This document shows positions 38,801 to 50,109 of a stretch of 64,000 nucleotides of DNA, piece by piece. Position numbers and translations under genes: made by a program. The notes below the pieces were generated by a model. It was not told the origin of the DNA. It searched no databases and saw nothing but the letters and a program-made list of their open reading frames with translations. Source of the DNA: Paragordius varius (lineage: Eukaryota > Animalia > Nematomorpha); assembly GCA_964247055.1 (NCBI GenBank), contig OZ176050.1, forward strand, positions 11,284,001 through 11,348,000, written 5' to 3'. How positions within the stretch are numbered: position 1 is the stretch's first letter; each line of letters opens with the position of its first letter.

Positions 38801-41800
38801 ACGTTTTATTTTAGTATATATGATAAATGTTGATGAAGCTCTCCTCGTTTTTAACACATTAATTTAGGGAATGTAAGATCGCATTTTATTTTTTTATCAG
38901 CCCATTCAATATATAAAAACTAAAATTCTCTTATTTCAAAGATATACCCCATAAATAAGATCAGCAATGTAATTAATACGTTCCGCAAGTAAATAAGCAA
39001 TAACGAGAGATCGATGACTCCCATGTCTTTGGGAAGTTATGGCCCATTGACAAAGGGTAAAAACAATCGATTTTTCCACTTTCAAGAGCAAAGGCACCTA
39101 TAAAACAAAATATATGATTATGTTAAATGGCTAGTTCAATTATCTATATACAATTAAATCAAAAATATTTTAAATGAATATGTATGATCGTCTTTAATTT
39201 TTATTTAAAGGCAATAAACACTATAATTTGCTTATTTAACACAGTGATCAGGTTAATATATATATAATTTAAAGGGTCCATACATTTAGAACGATTTCTC
39301 TTTCATATATTTCGTTTGGTTGCTGATATAATTTGGTCTGGAGTGATTTCAGAAAATTGTCATCCTTGTCGCATTTGCAAAAATCGTAATTATCCAACGC
39401 ATGTAGAATATCAATGATTTGTGTTAATAAGTGTCCTATAATGATAAAAAAAATCACTGATTCTACGCATATTTAAAAAGAGTTGAGAGCAAAGTGGCAC
39501 AGATACTCTAGCTTGAAAAGCATAAGATCAACTATAAAAGTTAATATTTCAAAACGAAAAAACTTAATATCAATCATAAAAAAACGAAAGGTTATATTTA
39601 AAATTTGTAGTTATTTACCTAACATGATAGTTTTGTTCCGCTTGTAAGGCCATAAATCCTCTACTGCACAACTTCTTTGTGAAATCAAATGTTCATTATC
39701 CTGTAAACAATCAACTACCTAAAAACACAAAAAAATTACCTGTAATTTAAAAATTAATCATTAACTGTAAAAAAATATCATAAAGTTAGGTAAAAACGCG
39801 TCTTTAAAAAATTATCAACAGTTTTGTTATGTAATAAAAAATTGTATAAAAACCGAATATCCCGTATAACTAAGGCGTGGTAACATTGAGGGAGGGATGG
39901 GTACAACATCTAAAACTGAGGCCCAAAACCAACCAGCATTTCTATAGCAGGCTGTGTCTGAAATACCTAATAGGGATAAAATGTTTAATTTACAGAAATG
40001 ATAAAGATAAAACATAAAAAACCAAAACATATTGATTAAAATAACAATATTTTTATTAAATTTATGTTTTTAACCCATTGTTTTGGGTTGCGAAATAGGG
40101 AATGGAGACGTAAATTGGTTGATAACACCTTTAATTTTATTCATATATGTGATTATACAGGTAGTATAGGTAAAATCAATAATTAAAATATAGTTTTTGT
40201 TTTTCAAATTCAAATATTTTTTACAAACAATATAATTCCGGTTCCATTGTTTTTGAAAAAAAAATGGTTCCTGTTAAAATTTTAATTTTAAATTATTGAA
40301 AAAGTTAAAATTTAATGCTATTTAAAGGTTAATAAACGATGCATTGTTATTTAAGGCCTTAAGATTAAAAATGATTTTTTGTAAATGAATAAAAAGATTT
40401 TGATAAAAAACTAAGTTAATAAAACGTAGATTTTAAAATTAGAGTGTTGAAGTTGAATCAAAAAGTAAAAAAGTTAACCTTAAATGACTAGAAATAGTAA
40501 TTAAATTTCGCAGACAAACAATAATAGTCTTACTACATTACAAAAAAATACATAACAATCTCTCCATTTAATATAACTCATTTATAAAAATTTTAAAATA
40601 TGCACACAACTACACCAGAAGAACTTTAGATTACCATTGAATTATAAAGAAAAATAAATGTATAACTTTCATTTAACGGATTATGGATTTGTATTGGAGG
40701 AGTAAAGGAATTCAGGCTAATAGACCATTTATGAAAGCCATTCCATACAAAAGCTGTAGGACACTTTAAGCAAAGTATGGATAACATGTCACTCAGCGTC
40801 AGTATAATGTATCTAAACAAATATTAATTATTGCGACAATAAAAAAATTGATTTCAAAATTTACATAAATTTCATAATTTTTAAAATGTATTAATAAAGT
40901 AAAGTTATTTAACCATATCATTTTATTCAAAAGATGCCTTTAATATTTTTATTGATTAAGAAAGATTTATTAATATTTAAAAAAATCAAAAATTAAAGTA
41001 TAAACCTGTGCCGAGGACAATCATGATAATTTTGTACCAAGAGAGTAGAAACGGGAGTTTCGCGCAACATATTCTCAAATACACGTTTGGCATTATAATC
41101 AGAAGCGTTAGGATCATCAATTCTAAAATAATATATGTAATAAAATTATAAACAATATGAAGACTTTTTAAGCAATTTGTTCTGTATCCAAAACATTTGA
41201 AAAAAAAACTCAAGAGTTTTAAGATTAGAATGGATCATGAAACCAGGGTACTAAGAATATCCGTTTCTTAAATAATTAATTATTTTCAAAAAAGTTAGTA
41301 AACTTCTTTCTATAAAAACAAATTCGTATTTGAATTTGAAAATTCGTTCCAAACCATTTACGTTGAGTGAAAATAATAATCTAATTAAGCGTTATGTCAA
41401 ACTAAACTTAGACATAATTTAAATTATACACTCTATTGATGCTTTATATGTTTAACCTATGACTATGCAGTTATAGTTCATTATATGATCAATTTAAATC
41501 GTCTGACATGTTTCGTTTTATTTTAACACTTCATCGAAGCTGTTGATATTCAAAATTGAAGGTAGCTGAATTGAGATTAAATTAAAGTTAGGAATGTGAT
41601 CCCTTTGCTGGTATCCTAGGCCTTCTCCTTGATGTACTTCTATATATTATACGGTTTAAGCACTTTTTGACATATATTTCAGTGGTATAATACCGTGCTA
41701 TATTGATCCAATCTTACAGCAGATAGATTTTTCATGCAAGCTATTTGGCTTAAATTTAACGCTTGGTAATTCTGTTAAGCGAAGGCATTAGTGAGCTTTT

Positions 41801-44800
41801 ATAATTATCAATATACTGATGGTTGCGGTGAGAAGGTTTGGTATAACATTTCCTCTATAAAATAAACGGTTGTGCATGTCAAATTAGCCTTAAGCCTTGA
41901 TTGCTTTTAGAGAAAATATTGTAGTGTAGATTTTCAAATTAACGGATGTTAAACATAGGCAATCAGTGTGAATTAACAAATTTAAGAAATAATAGGTAAA
42001 AATGGAGCCGAGTAATTATAAACACAAGTCAAAACTCGAGTACGGTGCCGAGACCGTATATAGGCTTAAGCAAAAAAATGTTAATTGGTATAAACTTACT
42101 TTCTTCTTTTTAATGGGAGACGACTGACGCTTTAAAAATGAACCCACTTTAGTGGGCCGTATGTCAGCAATAATAAAATGACCATTTATATGAGTTAACT
42201 GTATAGCAATGGTCAAATATTGGCATGCATAGCCGTTGTTCATATTTTTTTCAAAATTAGATAATTTTTTTGTTTTTTCATAAACTTTAACATGTTTTTC
42301 CATAAAATATGTGTTTGATTAAAACAAGATATAAAATAAAAGACAAAATACATAATTCTTCATGAGTGTATAAAATTTTCAAATTTTAAAGAACTTGCTT
42401 TTAAACAAAAAGTTCCAACTTTTAAAACCCGTTTTTTGAAAAATTAACGATTGCAAATATGGGGTGCATTGCGGCATATAAACATACCTAAAAGATTGTT
42501 GGCATTGGTGATTAACTGCTTCTTTGAGATCATAAATAGCTTGTTGAGTATAGATATACAATAAAACTGAACAGAAATAACTCAGGCGTCTGGCTAGAAA
42601 ATAAGATGATGATATGGTCTCCACATACTATAAAATAAACAAAATATAAATGCGCTAAAAAATATGCAAAATATTAAGCAATGATTCCTTTGGTGTTGAA
42701 ACCTACTTTAATTATTTTCCTTTAGAGCATTTTGGTTAAGTAATATTAGTTTACAATATGCTTTTGTTATAGTGATTTTACACATGCCAATTGTGGTAAT
42801 ATTAATTAAATATGGACCGACTATAAAATTATATCGTTATTATTTTTACAAATACACATTTAAATTTAAAAATAAATTATAATATGTATTAACAATGTAT
42901 TTTCTTAATAAATTTATTTAACAACAAACTAACTTTTATGGCAAATGGAAGGATTATATCCAAAAGATCATCTTTCAAAATCGGTTGATTTTTTGGTTTT
43001 ACGTCAATACTTTTTTCCAATAACTCACATACAAACGTTGCCATTTCTTGAACATCTAACAATTTTTCCTACAAAAAATCAATCGTATAAAATATAAAAG
43101 CCTTAGAAAATAAGGGTCAGAAAAACTTAATACTTATTTCATGATTTGTGCTTTAAGTAAAAATTTGCAATAAAACAGTTAGTAAAAATGCATAAAGTGT
43201 AATTGACATCAAGTTAGCACAATAAGTGTAAGATTTAGGCTTAATTATATGTTAAAGAGATACTGACAAGCCATCCTATACAATTAAAATCCCTATTTAT
43301 ATTATTTTAGCGGAAATATAACCTTATACAGATACCAAACAAGTGATTCAAGATAACGCCATATAGTGAGACTATTTGTCAAATCTTGTGTTAAATACCA
43401 GGGTGGTGAGTTAGGCGAATTTGCAGAATCAAATAAGGTATCTGCCAAGCTACCATATAAAAAAGATATTTTAGTGTAATTATAAAACTTATGAAAAAAT
43501 AATTTTGTAAATATAAGTGTGATAATACTATTATTTTGACAAAAATACCATATCTTGAAAACTTATAATACATTTATCGGCAAAATAAGTTTTAAATAAA
43601 ATATAGGATAAAAATGGCAAAAATCAAAACTAACTTTGCATAAGTAGTTATTCCTGTTGGTGCGCTTCCAGTATTTGCCGCCGTATTTAATGAAGGTGAA
43701 TTAAGAAGGTTATCAAAGAGACCTCCACCACTCATAAGGTTTGAGGCGACATTGTTTGTCGCATTAGTGTTATAAGACAAAGAAGTTGTGCTATTATTGT
43801 TGTTGAAACTTAAAGGTTTCCCTGCTCCAGACAAATCGTCGCATGCAGAATTTTGAGAAAATTGCAATAAATTATTTATTCTGTCAAGCAGTTCTCGGAG
43901 AATTCGACAAAACATTACCGTCCATTCTTTTGTAAAAAAAACCACACAAGAGAGTTAACAACAGATAATTAATTTAATAAATATATTTTTTAATTGCCGC
44001 GCATCAAATTAGGTTTTTAACATTAATTTTCAACAAATTTTATTAATATTAATGAGCTTTATACATCTTTACAAGTTTGGTTATATAGTATTTTATATCT
44101 AAATTAGTAACATTAGAAATTGGATATATAAAAAATATTATTTAATTGAATTAAAAATTATAAAATAGCCACAAATCTAATATCAAACATGGTTTAATTA
44201 AACTCAAATATTAAAAAAACGTTCTTAATTTAGATGGAATTTGTAAAAAAAACTATAATAAATTTCTCGATTATTAGTTTATGTAAAGTTAAAATATAGA
44301 TAATTGTAATTAACGTAAAAATCACAGGATCAATCAGACTAAATACCTAATGAAGGATCATTAATCTGCTTTTTCTTCAATTTATTTTCGGCAACTAAAT
44401 TGGCATGTGCAGCATGTAATTTAATAACCCAACAGGCCCTGATCCATGTAACTTTGTATTCAAATAAATGTGCTAATAGGTCCTCACGTTTGTTAAATAT
44501 AGGTACCTAAATTTGTGTTAGTAAATTAAAAAAAAACCTTTTTGATTAAAAGGCTTAGGGGCTTGTTCGCGTTTAAATCTTTGAACCAAGCATCAATAGA
44601 TGTTTTGGATCTTATAGTAGCCTATAATACATTAATAAAATCTAATATTTTTACGGGCCAAAAAATATCTCGCATGTTCATAGCTGGTTTTTTCTTTGTA
44701 TCAACCACCAAAGTATTTAGTTCTTTCTTTCGTTTGAGAATATTCCCAAAGGAAACACCTATAGAATCTTTTATGACACGTATCGATTTGCATGAGCCAT

Positions 44801-45009
44801 ACTATTGTTATGATGAAAGTAAACCTCCTCCAAATATGGGTAATTTTCAAAATAGCCTTGCTTGACACTAACCGTAGAAAGTTCATCCTATATTTCATAT
44901 TCAATTTATGTACTTCTTTTTGCTTCACATCCTGAGGATATATATCTGGCGGACCGATTTTGGGTTTTTTCAATGGTCTTTTCTCAGGTATTGGGGGTAA
45001 GCAAGACAT
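22330..45009 (-). CDS. MED12: Mediator of RNA polymerase II transcription subunit 12; 42 exons, about 3750 codons, one in-frame TAA at 32895-32897
   Basis: N-terminus MSCLPPIPEKRPLKKPKIGPPDIYPQDVKQKE|DELSTVSVKQGY matches MED12 ([26 protein letters not shown]..VKQG). Further conserved blocks: FLARRLSYFC, LCQWAITSQRHGSHR, GEWLGAFKALCC, EAGARLTCYLLYRLFK, VWLIAPFIARL, SLLNHQPF, INPWDMIEG, and a Q/P/N-rich tail. Exons: 45009-44914, 44887-44825, 44801-44655, 44621-44538, 44506-44347, 43926-43635, 43449-43323, 43068-42934, 42627-42488, 41122-41006, 40812-40667, 39966-39854, 39718-39619, 39435-39284, 39097-38948, 38643-38478, 38185-38001, 37779-37710, 37645-37155, 37110-34059, 33791-33686, 33613-33481, 33104-32748, 32529-32325, 31817-31656, 31276-31070, 30947-30172, 30031-29893, 29306-29134, 28668-28171, 28097-27969, 27719-27562, 27305-26719, 26447-26343, 26121-25907, 25588-25481, 25408-25224, 25057-24966, 24858-24775, 24440-24330, 24134-23558, 22492-22330 (11256 nt, all junctions in phase; the 37155/37110 junction is tentative). 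Confidence 0.95.
22524..23094. mobile_element. Decayed hAT MITE (family C) in the last MED12 intron, containing a nested family A MITE
   Basis: TAGGGGTGACCAACATGCCGCC at 22524 and GTTAAGCCCCTC at about 23094 flank the 22633-22912 element. Confidence 0.5.
22633..22912. mobile_element. MITE family A, copy 2
   Basis: TATACATTTAAAATTCAAATTCAC ... GGGTGAATTTGAACTGTAAATGG|TA, with tandem AAATTCACCCTTGAACAATT units. Confidence 0.8.
33151..33428. mobile_element. hAT/Buster MITE family C with 8-bp TSD, in a MED12 intron
   Basis: ATCTACAG|CAGGGGTGTCCAACATGCGGCCC ... GTGTTGGCCACCCCTG|ATCTATAA. The TSD matches 6 of 8 with central TA, the Buster-type target. Confidence 0.85.
34059..37110 (-). CDS. MED12: 3.05-kb internal exon of MED12
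   Basis: 1024-aa ORF holding conserved MED12 motifs (GEWLGAFKALCC, LEDFIKHVALPSLLAAAC, GARLTC) separated by N/S/H-rich inserts; donor TTA A|GTAAGT at 34058. Confidence 0.9.
44802..44824 (-). other. 23-nt GT-AG intron in MED12
   Basis: GTTTACTTTCATCATAACAATAG. Removal gives EE|YGSCK (human DEHGSAK); retention shifts the frame into a stop. Confidence 0.85.
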
Positions 45010-45010
45010 T

Positions 45011-45052
45011 TCAGATGATATCACATTTATTTACGCCAACATTGATATCCAT
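45011..45052 (-). promoter_or_regulatory. Short upstream ORF (MDINVGVNKCDII*) ending 1 nt before the MED12 ATG
   Basis: ATG at 45052, TGA at 45013-45011, then A, then ATG at 45009. It is a uORF only if transcription starts upstream of 45052. Confidence 0.4.
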
Positions 45053-46189
45053 ATGATGGTGGGTTAAAAAATAAGAGGTTGAATAAAGCATAGGCCCTGC
45101 CGTCAAATAAAAAAGTTAATTAGTTTTTTGACTAATTGATGAATTGTAATAAAAGTCTCAAAAAAGTAATGTGTATTTTATATTACTTGGTTAAAAACTC
45201 CCTTAATATGCTTAAATTTGGTAAAATAATTTCTGTACTAATTAAACGGTTTTGGCAATTAATTCGGTACTTTCGAGTTTAATTAACTCAAAAAAATTAA
45301 AGAACTATTTATATTTGAATAAATTTCGTAAGTGCAACTTAAGGGTAAAACATTTTAGCGGGATTAAGAGTCCACGAAATAATAACCGCAAAAATATGTA
45401 TGATAGATAAATATGATAGCATTCTCATGATGATTTTGTTTTAGGTTTTACCAGTGATGTAAGAAAGTTATAAACTTTTGTCGTGCTGCTCCATACCAGA
45501 GAATGAATCTGCACACATTTTGTTAAATTTGAACGCTAAATCCGTTTCCAAAAAATCACTAAAATGCTTCATAAACTAATTACATATGAAAATCAAAACA
45601 GTTTTATTTAGATAGTGGCTACAAGTATATTAGGACACCTCCTAAATAACCAAGTTGCTTATAATAAAGGCGAAAAGGCCGAGATTCAGCGATAAAAAAA
45701 TTTAAAAATATCAACTAAAATATTTTCAAACAATGGATATTTTCAAAAATGTGATTATAAATATTTTGTTGAAGTGTACTCATACTATTTTTAAGACATG
45801 ATGGAAACGGTATCAAAACGCTTTAAGATATTATAAAAACACTTATTTTCTATTTTTTGATAATGCTGAACATTTTTACTTCATGTTTCTAATTAAAGCT
45901 TCGCTTGCTTTCTAATTTTTGTAAATATTTACAATAAACAAATTTATTTTTAAATAGCAAATGTATATTTTAATAAAAATACTGAGGTAAGATCTAAATG
46001 TTCGGCATCATCGGGTTATATATGAAAGGTGTTTTTAGAACCACTATGCCTCAAAAGAATATGAAGTACGCTTTAATAAAATTTTGCTAAATATGAAATT
46101 TTAAAGCTGCATTTTTAAAAATATATTTTCGATGGTTATTAATGTTTATATTTATCATAAAATTTTATGGAAAAAGTTTTTATAATATA

Positions 46190-46381
46190 CAGTATGAGTA
46201 AGTTTACATTGCTACGAAGTTATTTATTTTTGCCAAGTAGCATTTAAAATAAAGGGCAGTATTATTGGCTTATAGTTATTTTTTTCACTTTTTAATATTA
46301 TTAGTCAATAATACTCTTTGCTGCATATGCTATTTGGCAAAAAATAAATAACTTTCTAGCAATATATACGTACTCATATTG
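46190..46381. mobile_element. Tc1/mariner-type palindromic MITE family D, copy 1
   Basis: TA|CAGTATGAGTA ... TACTCATATTG|TA, with long imperfect arms (TTATTTATTTTTGCCAAGTAGCAT vs ATGCTATTTGGCAAAAAATAAATAA). Confidence 0.85.
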
Positions 46382-47163
46382 TATATATACATGTGTATAT
46401 ATATTGGGTGTTTTGTAAAAATTTTAATATTTTATCTGAGCTTTATATCATTTTTGCGCGATAAACTGGATAGACTAAATATATAGTTAAATATTAAAAT
46501 ATCTTACCTCATAATAAATTTTACTTAATTCGAATTTGACGTCAAAGTGTAATTTTTTAACTTTAATATTTCCAAGTCCTATAAGGACCTTCGGAAAAAT
46601 TGTAATATCTTAACTATTCAAGTAAAATTCGCTGAAGAGTTAATCTCGATTGTGGTAAATTTCGTTCGACCTAATACGACACAAAAATGTAAAATTTTAT
46701 TTTTGGCTAATAGCAGGAAAACAAAAATTAATCTTTTTTTCCAGCCTGTGAGCCGCATTCATTTTCAATGTATCCTGTAGCTTTTAGTTACAAGATATAT
46801 AATTTATAAATTTAGAATTGATTCCCCTTTTCTCACAGTGTAATACATTTTTTCCAGTTTCCCACCAAAATGGAGTGACCATATTAATTTAAAAATTTGT
46901 TGTTAAAATTATTTTTAAAAATCAATGATTATATGATACCATTTTTTTTCTTGTATCCAATTGAAATGGAATTACTATGTTGGTTTTTAAATATCTTATC
47001 CTTAACGTGTAGAGAAGCACAGACATAATCATTTACGTAGATTTTATTCAATCTATAGATTTGGAACATTTACACTATTAATTAATGATTCTGGCGAAAA
47101 ATTATAAACTATAGCGTCCATAAGCAATGACCCATAATGGAAAAAATGAACCACGTTATATAT

Positions 47164-47626
47164 CAGTGGTACTCAAAACGCGGCCCAAGGGTCGCATCAG
47201 TCCCCATTTTTTTGTACCCAGAGTTAATATTAAAATTTTATCATCAAAGGTTATGTTAGCGGTACATATTACAACTCACAAAGAAAGAAAATTATTTTTA
47301 TTTGAAATATAAAATAAATGATATTATGTTATTTTTAGTAATACATGAATGGATAAAAATAAAATAAAATTAGAATATTTTTTTACGGAAAGAACTCTTT
47401 TACTCATAGATGAAATTCTTTAAAGCAGGAATGACCAACACGTCCACCGATATGTGCAGCCCACGTATTATACGGAAAACAAAAATGTACTAAAATCGTA
47501 GTAAGATATTTTTAAACAAGTTTTCCTAATAAATCTATCCAAATAGCAGCCAACTTGAAAAAATTGTTATATTGTGTTTGCATTCTACAGTATGTGTGAA
47601 ACCTAATAAAATATTTATTAATGGAG

Positions 47627-47663
<37 letters not shown>

Positions 47664-47718
47664 ACGGCCCACCAATATTTTTGAGTTAAAAATGCGACCT
47701 ACGAAAACATTTGACATA
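47164..47718. mobile_element. Decayed hAT-type non-autonomous element(s) between MED12 and PAL
   Basis: CAGTGGTACTCAAAACGCGGCCCAAGGGTCGCAT at 47164, a second CAGGAATGACCAACACG...GCAGCCC end at 47427, and AAAAATGCGACCTACGAAAACATTTGACATACC near 47718. Confidence 0.55.
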
Positions 47719-48641
47719 CCTTAAAGGGTTAGGATATTTAAAAAAATAAATGAATATCAACCTTAATTTAGTATAAATACTAATAATTAACCAATATTTT
47801 GTAATGTTTCTCTAGATTTAATATATGCTCCAATTCTGTGAAATCATAACCAATATAAATTGATAAATAATAATTTATCCTATTTGATAACCTATAAAAT
47901 TGAAACATGAATTTCACGATTCGATTTTTTTGCATTTTTGAGGGATAGAGTATATTATTAAGTAGAATGGTGATTTAGTATTTTATTCATTCTCTGTGGT
48001 TTTCAGCATTTTAGAAATAATCTAAATATATACAATATTACCAATAGTACGGCTGAAAGCTCTGAGTTTACGGCTTAAACTGTACCGAATATTGAATTTG
48101 GCCAATACAAACCGTATAGCTTAATACAGGGTATGCCTGCATTTTTATTTTACTAATTTTTAAATTGGAATGTCATTTAATGGTTTGTTTGATTTTATAT
48201 TAGAACAAACTAAATTAATTGACCTTTTAAATTAAATGGATAATTAGTAAGTGAAGGTTTTAAACCATTTTACCTCTCTAATATATTCAAATGCTATGTA
48301 TATTATATTATCTAATTTATTTATATTTTCCGTAGAAACTATCCCTTTTTCCTTGTTTTTATTGATTTTTTGACTAAACCTCCCACGACATATACAGCAT
48401 ACACCTAAAAATGACAATATCATATCTTTATAACCTTAAGTCATATACATATCTTTTTTGTTAAATTTATTCTAAAAATATGGAAATACATCATTGTTAC
48501 GTGTGAAAGTTGTGACGAAAATCGATAATTCTTGGATAATAACATTTTTTCCATTTTTTCATTTTTTAGTTTCTCACTAACTTTAAAGATATCAATACCA
48601 GAGCAGAAATTCCCTTTTGTATTTTTTGTCATTATGGTTAT

Positions 48642-50072
48642 ATGGTAAATCACATTATTTTTTGGGCCTGTATTATACTGTACAATGGTGTGGTACAGGG
48701 AATATCTGGAAATTCAAATGCAACGGTAAGTTTTTTAACTTTTTACTGTTAAAAACATTATATAAATCCTTAAAAAATGCTTTATTGAATTTCAAGTCCT
48801 CAATATTTAAATCTATCGTTTATACATCAAAAAAGTTATAAAATATCTTGCAACAAAAATAATAAAGGCCATGTGAATGAGTTTTAAGCCATGCATTTTT
48901 GTGAATAGACTAAGTTAATACTACACAAATCTTTTTAATAGCCTATATTTTTAAAGTTCAGATGAGAAATTTTTTAATTACCATTTTTCTCAAAAAAAAT
49001 TCAAAGATGTTAGAGGATATGGATGATTTTTTAAAGAAATGTATTTACGTCGGCTCAGCGGCTCATTGATTTGTTCCTAATAAATAATTTTATGGATATT
49101 AATGAAATTTATTTATTTGTTGATTTTCGTTCTCATTATTGATGTATACCATTTACAGTTCAAATTCACCCTTGCACATTTCAAATTTACCCTTGAACAT
49201 TTCAATCTCGAACGATTCAAATTCACCCTAAAATAAATTATGTGTTTTTTAAAATTGAAAATTACCTATATTTTTTTATATTTTTAAAAACTGAAATTTT
49301 GTTTAAAATTAAAATATACTGAAAAAATAAAAAGCAAGCCATATGATATATTTTATATTAATAATGAGTTTTGGCCCAAAAGCACATATTTTACTTCAGG
49401 GTGATTTTGATTTGTCAAGGGTGAATTTAAATTGTTCGAGGGTGAATTTGAATTGTTCGAATGTGAATTTGAATTGTTCAAGGGTGAATTCGAATTGTAA
49501 ATGGCATATGTTAAGTTTTTCTAAGAATGGCTAACTTTGATTAAAAATTTATAATATAGCATTTTTTTAGAATTAATTATAAACTTTTAATAAACAATAT
49601 TAATAAAATCCAAATTACTTTTGACGCTAAGAAAAGTATAATTGTTTCTTATCATTTATCTAAAAAATTCGTCACAAATAATGGAAAATTAATCATTTTT
49701 GCAATATATTCAGAAGATTGCATATGCAATTCATAAAAATTTTAAAATAGATTAATTACTCCAAAAACTGGACATATCCACCTAACTAAATTATTTACAA
49801 TCTCCACCAGTTTGAATTTAGTTTAAATTATAATAACTTTAATCTAATCTAATGAAATCTTTAGGGCCCCACAGTCATTTTGCCAAATGTAGGGCCATCC
49901 TCGGCATCATACATTGATTCAAGTAATTCCCCTATCGTCCTCAATCAAGATTGGAATTTACATGACGATATATATGGAAATTATTACATTGGAAATTGTA
50001 CTGCTGTCGATTTTGATTCACAGGGATACTTATATGTCTTACATCGGGGAAGTCGGATTTGGGACGCAAAGT

Positions 50073-50109
<37 letters not shown>

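Noticed and set aside
41560-41860. Coding-looking stretch in the 1.4-kb MED12 intron
   Set aside because: All minus-strand frames hit stops and the flanking exons already join in phase 2.
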